The notes beneath the pieces are model-generated. The model worked only from the letters and a program-made list of their open reading frames with translations. It was not told the origin of the DNA and did no database searches. From Promethearchaeota archaeon (GTDB lineage: Archaea > Asgardarchaeota > Thorarchaeia > Thorarchaeales > Thorarchaeaceae), in contig WJMJ01000059.1 of assembly GCA_014728035.1 (NCBI GenBank), forward strand, positions 32,001 through 96,000: a stretch of DNA of 64,000 nucleotides, in the 5' to 3' direction. The translations under genes and the position numbers were made by a program. Below are positions 11,001 through 18,675 of the stretch, piece after piece. Each line of letters opens with the position of its first letter. Within the stretch, counting starts at the first letter, position 1.

Positions 11001-12980
11001 CTACCTGCTCCAGAACTTCTTTATCGTATTCGGACCGAAACGGGGCGAGAAATGACCGTTACACCTGATCATAAAATGGTACGAAAAACTGATACTGGCA
11101 TTGAGTTTGTTGAAACCGAGCAGCTCTCGCCTGATGATATTCTTCTATCATTGAAAGACATGCCTTCTATAGAAAAACTCAAACACATTGATCTCATTGA
11201 ATACTATGCCAAAACCGATGCCGTATCCGACATGAGAATCCATGGTGTCAAAGAAATCCTACATTTGGAAATTGGAAGGTGGAATAGTTTTCCCGTTTCT
11301 ACAGATTCTTTATCGCTTGATATTTCATCCACCGTTCTTTGGGAATATATTTGCAAAGATTCAATCCCTCTTGATATATTTCTAGATTTACTTTCCCGTG
11401 AGAATTTGAATGTTGATTACTCCCAGCTAACAATAAGCTATAGAGAATCTACTAATCATATTCCAGTCCTTCTTGACTTGGACCGAGAGCTGGGTGAGCT
11501 TGCTGGGTTGTACCTATCTACTGGGTTTTCGTGTATTGATCTGTCTAGAGATAAAACGGATTACTCATATCGGACGATTTGGAATACATTGGAATCCGAG
11601 ATTGCAAAACAAATTGAATCCCATTGTAAATCTATTTTCGGTGTATCTCCTTCGATTGAAGAGAATGCTGATGGCAAGTACAGACTCACTATTAATGGAA
11701 AAGTATTCATGGAATTGTTCAGAGATATCCTTGGTCTTGGTAGTGATAATTGCGAACAAAGAGCTGACAGATGTATTTGCTTTTCAACTGAATTTCAAAA
11801 AGGACTCGTGAGTGTTTTGCTTGAAAACACCACGGCTATCAGCAATTCTGCAATAATAACTTCGGAAAATAGAAATCTACTGAATCATCTTGGACTCATT
11901 CTAATTCAATTTGGTATTTTTCCACATTATACAACTTTAACACGACCAACAGACGGTTGCGATAAGTTGCAAACATTTTATTCTCTTCAAATTTCTTCTG
12001 ATGACTTTGAATACTTAGAAGACATTCTATTCTCTGACTGCTCAGATCAAGTTGCAAAAAATTCAGCCTCCTGTGTTATCGAGAAAAAACAATACAGCGA
12101 GTTTGGGGACTTCTATGAAGTAGCAATAACTGAGATTGAAGTGATTAATAATCATTCTGAAGATTTTGTTTACGATTTCGTTATTGATGGTGAAAACAAA
12201 ACTTTCATCGGGGGTTTTGGTTCTCTTGCCACATATGATTGTGATGGGGATGAAGACGCTGTCATCTTGGTTATGGATGCACTGTTGAATTTTTCCAAGT
12301 CCTATCTCCCAGCTGGAAGAGGGGGTTTTATGGATGCACCGCTTGTTCTATCAGTAATTCTAAATCCCAATGAAGTTGATGATGAAGCACATAACATTGA
12401 GGTTTGCAGTCGCTATCCTGCAGAATTCTATAATCTTGTTTCTGAAGCTAAACATCCTAAAGCTGTGCAAAATCTTGTTGATATTATTGAGAACCGACTT
12501 AACTCTCCAATTCAGTATGAAGGATTCATGTATACTCACGGAACGACCTCTTTTGATGCAGGACCACGAAATACACGTTACAAAGTTCTAGGAAGTATGG
12601 TTGAAAAACTTGATGCGCAGCTACGATTGGCTAAATTGATTCGTGCTGTAGATGAACAGGATGTTGCTGCCCGTGTTCTCTCAAATCATTTCTTACGAGA
12701 TATCCGTGGGAATCTTAGAGCATATTCGACTCAAAAAATCCAGTGCCTGAAATGTCATCGAGTATATCGGCGAATTCCTCTATCTGGTCTTTGTAGATGC
12801 GGAGCTTCATTGTCACTTACAGTAAGAAAGAAGAATATATCCAAGTATCTTGAGGTTGCTGAGCGGATGATCGAGGAGCATGGATTGAGTGACTATCTTA
12901 GACAACGAATCCGCTTGGTAAATTCAGCTCTTGAATCCTTATTCTTCTCAGAGCAGACCGCATTGACAGATTATTTCTAA
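8040..12980 (+). CDS. polC: DNA polymerase D large subunit DP2, intein-containing
   Basis: AGPIRAAGGT, GGFRLRYGRSR, RMGRPEKA, LAPHTSAG, HAAKRRN/CDGDED catalytic motif split by an insertion, C-terminal Cys cluster. Confidence 0.97.
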   Translation: MTEPDADLPLPEHSITYKEYFHSLQSAVTEIYKVAESARAVGYDPQKRVEIPPAHDVAARVEATLEGPKGVAIRIRELQETYSREEVAFIVAKEVALGELGGIEDSEKAADKAVRVALSILTESITAAPLEGISKVRIRGSGTDQYLALYLAGPIRAAGGTEAAVTVLVADHVRQVLQLPAYRASEDEVERALEEIELYARNANLQYTLKPEHIRFAASKLPIMLTGDPTERYEVSGSRDLDRIESNRVRGGSVLVLNDGVVGRAAKLAKIVNRVKIPGWEWLDELAAKVSKAKTTKSDDSETKKLAPKPDYLADVIGGRPVFSHPSRVGGFRLRYGRSRNTGLAGVGTHPATMFLVEEFLAPGTHIRTERPGKGSIVAPVDSIEGPIVLLRNGTVQQVNTSNEAREIQGQVERILYLGDILIALGEFLENNHPLVPSGYCEEWWSHDLDQFCSKLDTKSLQTKLSKMNLTTDQIDRFIQEPLKFIPTAQQALTIAEELGVPLHPHYLYRWLSLTPEQTLDLREWVIKNHTIESTKNGDVLVLPNDAKYKELLELLGAEHTLQKKRSEIHLSDEPIIVFSQLGDVDCSPTGADSLELVNSVSPIELRDKLGFAIGARMGRPEKALARKMRPPVQSLFPVGRTKSSERRIEKVAESTQAISTLDMFDGSGGETPVHGVNVEMVSRVCPNCETHTFESFCPECKIHTELQRYCSHEECGLPIDESTGFCPRSHDVNLIRDTRDYQLDLSTLLDRVKHEIEEPHTHGIRGVLGLTSGLKIPEYLGKGILRAKHDVYCYRDGTARFDATDAPLTHFIPREIGVSIQKLNQIGYKVDIEGNPLVSDDQIVELKVQDIIVPENCADYLIRVGKFVDDCLEKIYGMNRFYNFSTQTDIVGQLVIGLAPHTSAGIIGRIVGFTNASLCYAHPYWHAAKRRNCLVGHEEVVLLDDLGIVHTKPISSLEGENLSKFKLLSIDEKGRILPQPIQELVKLPAPELLYRIRTETGREMTVTPDHKMVRKTDTGIEFVETEQLSPDDILLSLKDMPSIEKLKHIDLIEYYAKTDAVSDMRIHGVKEILHLEIGRWNSFPVSTDSLSLDISSTVLWEYICKDSIPLDIFLDLLSRENLNVDYSQLTISYRESTNHIPVLLDLDRELGELAGLYLSTGFSCIDLSRDKTDYSYRTIWNTLESEIAKQIESHCKSIFGVSPSIEENADGKYRLTINGKVFMELFRDILGLGSDNCEQRADRCICFSTEFQKGLVSVLLENTTAISNSAIITSENRNLLNHLGLILIQFGIFPHYTTLTRPTDGCDKLQTFYSLQISSDDFEYLEDILFSDCSDQVAKNSASCVIEKKQYSEFGDFYEVAITEIEVINNHSEDFVYDFVIDGENKTFIGGFGSLATYDCDGDEDAVILVMDALLNFSKSYLPAGRGGFMDAPLVLSVILNPNEVDDEAHNIEVCSRYPAEFYNLVSEAKHPKAVQNLVDIIENRLNSPIQYEGFMYTHGTTSFDAGPRNTRYKVLGSMVEKLDAQLRLAKLIRAVDEQDVAARVLSNHFLRDIRGNLRAYSTQKIQCLKCHRVYRRIPLSGLCRCGASLSLTVRKKNISKYLEVAERMIEEHGLSDYLRQRIRLVNSALESLFFSEQTALTDYF
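10839..12239 (+). mobile_element. 467-aa intein in DP2 with a degenerate LAGLIDADG domain
   Basis: In-frame insert between KRRN and CDGDED; starts CLVGHE (block A), TPDH (block B), VYDF (block F), ends ATYD; +1 residue is Cys. Confidence 0.92.
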
Positions 12981-12983
12981 TAT

Positions 12984-13832
12984 TCATAAATGTTCTACAG
13001 CAAGTCTAAGAAGTTCTCTATCTTCAATCATTCCAATCAGATGTCCTGTAGCAGACATTACTGGTGCTTGATCTATATCGTTCTTTCTAAGTACTCTGAC
13101 ACATTCAGCAAGTGAAGTTACTTCACTCACATTGATGATATTCTTGGTCATTACTTCTTTTACTGGAACATTGGGTAACTTGAGAAGTCTTTTTGTTACA
13201 ATCAAAAAGTCCTTTGAAGTCCAGCCCCATTCGACTGCACTCTCAGTACCACTGTGTGTTGCAGATACACTGTCTTCAACTGTGACTTCAGAAAGCTGAA
13301 TGTAATCACTTACAGAAATCATTCCGGTAATTCCGCCGCTTGCATTTAATACAACTATCGCATTTTTGTTTGCCATCTCCATTATCAAATAGGTCAGTGG
13401 AAGAGGAGTTTCTTCCCAAGTTGACGTGATTTCCTTTGAAACATATGGACTAACATCTCTCTCTTTGAATTCTTCATTCTGAAGTACTGCCCCCAAGATA
13501 TCTGGTATTGTTATCATTCCTACTAGCTCTTCATCATCAATCACAGGTAATCTCCGAAAGTTCTGTTCGAGCATGGTTTTAGCTGCTGTTTTCAACATGG
13601 TTCTGGGAGTCACCGTTTCAGGATCCCTAACCATCAAAAGTGCTAATTGATTTTCATCTGCTTTTCGCAACAAATCCGTCCTTGTAACTATTCCCACAAG
13701 TTTTTTTGACCCTTTTTTGACTACTGGTAATCCATTAATCTGTTTTTCAGCCATGATTTGTAGGACATCTTCTCTTGTTCCTGGGACTGCGACATAAACC
13801 ACATCAGATTGCATAAATTCGGATACCTTCAC
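12984..13832 (-). CDS. Four-CBS-domain protein
   Basis: Repeated CBS motifs GLPVV..LVGIVT, RLPVI..LVGMIT, QAPV..LIGMI. Confidence 0.88.
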   Translation of the reverse strand: MKVSEFMQSDVVYVAVPGTREDVLQIMAEKQINGLPVVKKGSKKLVGIVTRTDLLRKADENQLALLMVRDPETVTPRTMLKTAAKTMLEQNFRRLPVIDDEELVGMITIPDILGAVLQNEEFKERDVSPYVSKEITSTWEETPLPLTYLIMEMANKNAIVVLNASGGITGMISVSDYIQLSEVTVEDSVSATHSGTESAVEWGWTSKDFLIVTKRLLKLPNVPVKEVMTKNIINVSEVTSLAECVRVLRKNDIDQAPVMSATGHLIGMIEDRELLRLAVEHL

Positions 13833-13959
13833 TGTTTTGTTCCACTCCAGTATGCTCTATGACTACTCTCTCCAGCAAACACATCTGAAACTGATTCGTT
13901 TCAGACAGAACAAGAATAGGAACTTATTGAACCTTTTATGTGTACCGTTCCGATTTTCA

Positions 13960-14520
13960 TTACCAAGGATGTTTCTTTAGTCCAAGTAGATATCCCAACG
14001 CATTGCTAATCCAATGGATTGCAAGTGTGAAGGAAACTAATATCATGACATAGATTGGAGCTGGTTGGATAATTGGACTGGCAAAAAGCAAAGCAAGTAT
14101 GATGAATCCTAGCTGATCCATTACAGGAGATGGATTTCCACTCTTGATATCTATCCTCCTTTTCAAAAAGGAACCAATCAGGTCTCCGGTCAAAGCTCCA
14201 ATTGACATCAAAACTGCGATGGGAATCGTCATAAAGAGGACTGTTTCCATGTCACTTGTTATTAGTACAAATTCACTTAGAACATCCGGAATCAGTGGTG
14301 CAACAAAACTTTGGGCAGTACCTGCCAATGTACCAAATATCACACCCACAACAAAACCTCTGATGGTTTTGCCATCACCTAGAATTCTATGTCCATCTCT
14401 TAGCACCCTACCTCCATCGATGGGTGGTCCACCTCCAAGTAATACTGGTGTTGCATTAGCTATCCATGCTGGAAGTCCGAACCATAGTGATAACTCTATC
14501 AATGCGATTATTTCGTACAT
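13960..14520 (-). CDS. carS: CDP-archaeol synthase
   Basis: PAWIANATP, PIDGG, GDGKTIRG, GDLIGSFLKRR, DQL, C-terminal KKHPW. Confidence 0.93.
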   Translation of the reverse strand: MYEIIALIELSLWFGLPAWIANATPVLLGGGPPIDGGRVLRDGHRILGDGKTIRGFVVGVIFGTLAGTAQSFVAPLIPDVLSEFVLITSDMETVLFMTIPIAVLMSIGALTGDLIGSFLKRRIDIKSGNPSPVMDQLGFIILALLFASPIIQPAPIYVMILVSFTLAIHWISNALGYLLGLKKHPW

Positions 14521-14529
14521 GATGGAACC

Positions 14530-15234
14530 CTACCTTGCAGATTCGTGTTGGTCTTTATCTTCTGGATGTGTACTAAGACCTTTCGGCGTAAGATATAGCA
14601 CCTGTGGACTAGGACCACCTTCCGGATGAACTAGTTCGAGAAGGCGTTCCCCTCTTTTAACTCTTAAGTCCATCTTTACAACAAAATCACTCCAATATTC
14701 CATGATATTATCAGCCACTGGTTCAAACTCATCAGAACTATCAATTGCAGCACGAACTTGATTTAACAGAAGAATTGCAACATCTTTTCTCCTTGCTAAC
14801 CCCTTCAGCAAGCCGGACTGTCTGTTAAGTTCTCTGTGGGCAGCATATGTTGTTCTCTTGTCTCCCAAGGAATTTCTGTAGAGTTTTGTGAATGTGTCAA
14901 TTACTATTAGTTTTGTTTCAGGTCTTAGGTATAGTTGTAAGTCTTCAATGAGAATCCCTTGTTCAGTGAATTTTTTTGGTATCATTATCTGTATTGATTG
15001 TTCAAATGTATCATATTTTCTCCCCATTATTTGCTCCAATCTCTCAATTGGTGAACTACTTTCCGTATTGATGTAAATTGTATGGAAGCCAAGATTTATT
15101 GTAGCATAAACGAATTGCAATGCAAGTGTTGTTTTTCCTGAAGCTGCTTTCCCATATACCTGTGTGAAACACCCTGTAGCGATACCTCCTTCTAGAGCCC
15201 GGTCAATTTTGAAAATACCTGATGGAATTATCAC
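14530..15234 (-). CDS. radB: RadB (RecA/RadA paralog)
   Basis: GKAASGKT Walker A, LIVID Walker B, NQV; no N-terminal HhH domain. Confidence 0.8.
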   Translation of the reverse strand: MIIPSGIFKIDRALEGGIATGCFTQVYGKAASGKTTLALQFVYATINLGFHTIYINTESSSPIERLEQIMGRKYDTFEQSIQIMIPKKFTEQGILIEDLQLYLRPETKLIVIDTFTKLYRNSLGDKRTTYAAHRELNRQSGLLKGLARRKDVAILLLNQVRAAIDSSDEFEPVADNIMEYWSDFVVKMDLRVKRGERLLELVHPEGGPSPQVLYLTPKGLSTHPEDKDQHESAR

Positions 15235-15338
15235 TTTTCGTCACATCTATTTTGAATTTGTTACCAAACAAGTGATAAGGATAGCTAATTTGGATACTAT
15301 CACTTAAAATCGGTATCTTTGATTTAGAAGGGATATCT

Positions 15339-16103
15339 TTGGTAAAATACAGAGTTGCAATCGCTACAAGAGATCCACGTACTCTCTATCATGCAATTCG
15401 TCTTATGGAATCATTAGAAATTCCGTTTGTCATCTGTGAACCTGAAGATGTTAAGTGTTCCCTTGCAAGAGTAGTAATCACTTCGAAAGATGATGCTGAT
15501 AAAATTAATTCTACTCGTCTTCTTATTCTTAATGAGGAATTTGATTTTACATCCATTACCTTTGATTTTATGAAAGAGTTTTATCAGCTGAACAAGCCAG
15601 TTTCTTTAACCATTGGTATTGATCCAGGCATGCGGTACGGCTTAGCTTTGCTTCTAGATGACAATCCGATTCTTACCCAGGAAGCCGATTCTCCTTTTGG
15701 AGCTGCTAAACTAACAAGTGAATGGATTGCCCTTGCTAGTGATAGATTGCCTCTTGACCCCCTAATACGGGTGGGAGATGGCTCTAGATTGTATATGGCA
15801 CTGTATTTGAGAGCTCTTCGTGAAATAACTTCCTATCCGATGATAGAACTAGTGGACGAACATCATACTACTATGAAGGGGGGGTCAAACAAATCATCTG
15901 CCGTACTAATTGCAACCCGTTCTGGCAGAAATATTACCGAGTCCGATTATCTTCTGGACTCAAAGACTGGGTATATCAAGTCTCTAAAAAAACTAATTCG
16001 AAGATTGAATGATGGGAAACATAAACTCTCTACCCACGAAGCAATTGCAATATTATCTGGTAACAGATCTGTTCAGGATTTCATTAAATCTGAGGTCTTG
16101 TGA
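15339..16103 (+). CDS. Hypothetical protein with RNase H-like (YqgF/RuvC-like) fold
   Basis: IGIDPG..YGLA, IRVGDG and LVDE motifs. Confidence 0.55.
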   Translation: MVKYRVAIATRDPRTLYHAIRLMESLEIPFVICEPEDVKCSLARVVITSKDDADKINSTRLLILNEEFDFTSITFDFMKEFYQLNKPVSLTIGIDPGMRYGLALLLDDNPILTQEADSPFGAAKLTSEWIALASDRLPLDPLIRVGDGSRLYMALYLRALREITSYPMIELVDEHHTTMKGGSNKSSAVLIATRSGRNITESDYLLDSKTGYIKSLKKLIRRLNDGKHKLSTHEAIAILSGNRSVQDFIKSEVL

Positions 16104-18030
16104 AGAATGCATCTAGTTGTTCAGCTATGATTGATGGATTATCTGGTACTATTTGGGTTATTTCTGTTAACCATGACGGCAAAAATCGTTTCAAATATGG
16201 TGTGCCAAAACGTTGATCTAACATGATTATTGCCCCTCTGTCATCAAGTTTCCTTACTGGTCGTCCAGCAGCTTGAATCGCTCTTGTCATTGCTGGGAGT
16301 ACATATGCATAATCCCTTCCTCTTCCGTTGAATCGCACATCAAAATAGTCAATCAATGCTTGAATTCGGGGAGTAGGTCTTGCGTATGGCACCCCAACAA
16401 CAACTACACTCTCCATATCACTGCCTGGGAAATCTCCACCCTCTGAGTTCCTTCCACCTTGAACTCCCAACAAAACGGCTCCCTGATTTTCTCCGTGTCT
16501 TTTGAAAGCTTCTACTAATTCGTCATTTTCGCTTCCTTTCATACCCTGTTTCTCTAAGAACAATGGCTTCTTGAGCTTTTCACTGAGCCCCGCATTGATG
16601 AGGGATTGTGCGATGTAGTAGCTTGTTGTAAAAATACCTGTATTACTAGGAGTGGCATGCGCCACGGCTACACAATGGTCTACCATTCGACTGAAAAGTC
16701 CTCTACTCCGGTTCTTATATGATGTGTCAATTCCATCTATAATGAAACAGAGACGGTTTTGTCGAGCAAATGGACTCTTGAAGACCTGATTGATGGATTG
16801 GCCTGAGAACCCTAACATCTCTGAATACGCATAGATGGGAGAAATAGTACCTGAAACGGCAACTGAGCTATGAATCATTTTCAGTACATTTCCTGTTATT
16901 GTAGTCGGGTCCAAAGCTACAATTTCCAAAGCTACTCTTTTTGCCCTCCTTCCATAAACCATAGAACTCAGAATGAATGTATAGTCCTCTCTTTTTGATA
17001 GATGTATCCATCTTTGTAGAAATGTTGCAACTTTGAAAATAGCAGAGCGTGGAAACTTTCCTGCTTTTAATTGGCTCTTTCGAATCTTCTTTCCGAGGTC
17101 TTCCATATGATGGAGCGGCATCACCTCTTCGTCTATCTCTGACGTTTTCAAAGCTGACTCGTAGATTCCATTTGGACTGACTACTTTTTCATCTTCATCA
17201 GACAAATCCACCGAATTATCCAAAATAGTTTCTGCTAAACCTTTGCAGAATTTCTGGGTAATCTTATCATGATAGCTTGCAGCTTCTCGCATTGCTTGTC
17301 GAATTGTTCCCATTGTCAATGCATCACTGGCCGAGTCTAAAGCAGTGGTGGGTACATTGTGTGCTTCATCTTGTACAAGAATAACTCGTTTCATTGCGGT
17401 ATCAATTTCAGGCATGAATGATTCAAGTATGAATGGGTCAAATACATAAAGATATGACAACGCAACAACATCAACAACTTTCACAAGCTTCTTGGCCATC
17501 TCATAGGGACACATTCCTCTTGCTCGTGCTACATTCACGATCTCTATTGCAGTAAACACCCTCTTAGGTAGGTTTTCAAGAAGTTGTTCTGGGTCCTTTA
17601 TTTTTTGTAGATTTTCATAGTACGGACATCTTCCATTGGTCTTAAGCTCACCACAAACCTCACTGACACTTGCTACATAGTCTGCATTCTCTAGAACGAA
17701 CTCATTAAGGCACATATGGCTTCGTCCACGAAATGATATTCCAGAAACTTCCGTATTTCTCTCTGAAATAACATTGAGCTCCTCTACAACCCTGTCCAAT
17801 TGTCTGTGAGTTCTTGCGCAGTAGAGAATTTTACCTTGGTTTTCTTTAATCCATGGCAGTGTCCCACATAAGGTTGTACAGGTTTTTCCAAATCCGTTCG
17901 GTGCTTCAATACAGATATCTTTTCCATCACGAACTGCTTCCTCAATTACGCCCATCATTTCTTTTTGTCCTTCTCTTGAAGATGGATACGGGAAAAAATC
18001 CTCGTGCCTTGGTGAATGTGATGATTTCAT
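16084..18030 (-). CDS. xpd: XPD/Rad3 Fe-S DNA helicase
   Basis: EAPNGFGKT, RTHRQ, four Cys (MCLN, VC, CPYY, CPY), DEAHN, SGT, SEGGDF, QAAGRPVR; start placed at ATG 18030 (ORF track gives 18105). Confidence 0.92.
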   Translation of the reverse strand: MKSSHSPRHEDFFPYPSSREGQKEMMGVIEEAVRDGKDICIEAPNGFGKTCTTLCGTLPWIKENQGKILYCARTHRQLDRVVEELNVISERNTEVSGISFRGRSHMCLNEFVLENADYVASVSEVCGELKTNGRCPYYENLQKIKDPEQLLENLPKRVFTAIEIVNVARARGMCPYEMAKKLVKVVDVVALSYLYVFDPFILESFMPEIDTAMKRVILVQDEAHNVPTTALDSASDALTMGTIRQAMREAASYHDKITQKFCKGLAETILDNSVDLSDEDEKVVSPNGIYESALKTSEIDEEVMPLHHMEDLGKKIRKSQLKAGKFPRSAIFKVATFLQRWIHLSKREDYTFILSSMVYGRRAKRVALEIVALDPTTITGNVLKMIHSSVAVSGTISPIYAYSEMLGFSGQSINQVFKSPFARQNRLCFIIDGIDTSYKNRSRGLFSRMVDHCVAVAHATPSNTGIFTTSYYIAQSLINAGLSEKLKKPLFLEKQGMKGSENDELVEAFKRHGENQGAVLLGVQGGRNSEGGDFPGSDMESVVVVGVPYARPTPRIQALIDYFDVRFNGRGRDYAYVLPAMTRAIQAAGRPVRKLDDRGAIIMLDQRFGTPYLKRFLPSWLTEITQIVPDNPSIIAEQLDAFFTRPQI

Positions 18031-18132
18031 GATATATGACTCACAATTTTGACTTGAAATTGTCTTGATAACCCTGTTGTTATCAAGTCGGTATACATTT
18101 AACATGCACCATTTTTCCTAATGTGAGTTTAA

Positions 18133-18477
18133 ATGACAAAAGAAGAAATCAACGATATTTCTGTTGAGATTTCTAGTGGAACACTCTATATCAGAATCAT
18201 GGACCTGGAAAATGGAATGCTGATATTACTTTCCGATTCTTTGAAATTTCGATTAGGCGTTTCCGTCATTGCGATGCCAGGCACGGATGTACATCGCAGA
18301 CCATTATCTCGAGGGATTTTTGCTTATGATGGGAATACTTCCCTTCTTCGCAGTCTCTCTGAGCAAATAGCAAGGCTTTCTGGACGTTCTTGTATGCTGG
18401 TATCTTCAGTTAAAGAATTAGACCAAGCAAAGCTGATAGAGATAATGGCTGTATTCAAAGGGATTTTATTGTCCTGA
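18133..18477 (+). CDS. Proteasome assembly chaperone PAC4-like protein
   Basis: 114 aa; pattern of beta strands, LGVSVIAMP, and LSEQIARLSGRSCML resembles PAC3/PAC4. Confidence 0.5.
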   Translation: MTKEEINDISVEISSGTLYIRIMDLENGMLILLSDSLKFRLGVSVIAMPGTDVHRRPLSRGIFAYDGNTSLLRSLSEQIARLSGRSCMLVSSVKELDQAKLIEIMAVFKGILLS

Positions 18478-18673
18478 AGTACTCGATTAATTCTTTGACC
18501 CACTTTCCTGTTTCTTTTCTTTCTTCAACCTCAATAAGATATTCTATCCAGCTAATTGGTAGTGCTTTTTTCCATTCCTCGTAAGAACTATACAGATTCG
18601 AATTTGCTTCATCGTGGTATTTGCAGTATTCACCATTTTCTATGATAGGTCGTCCACAAACAGGGCAATCCAA
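18455..18673 (-). CDS. Small Zn-binding hypothetical protein downstream of topA
   Basis: CPVC...YCKYH; TTG start 2 nt after the topA stop. Confidence 0.7.
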   Translation of the reverse strand: MDCPVCGRPIIENGEYCKYHDEANSNLYSSYEEWKKALPISWIEYLIEVEERKETGKWVKELIEYFRTIKSL

Positions 18674-18675
18674 TC

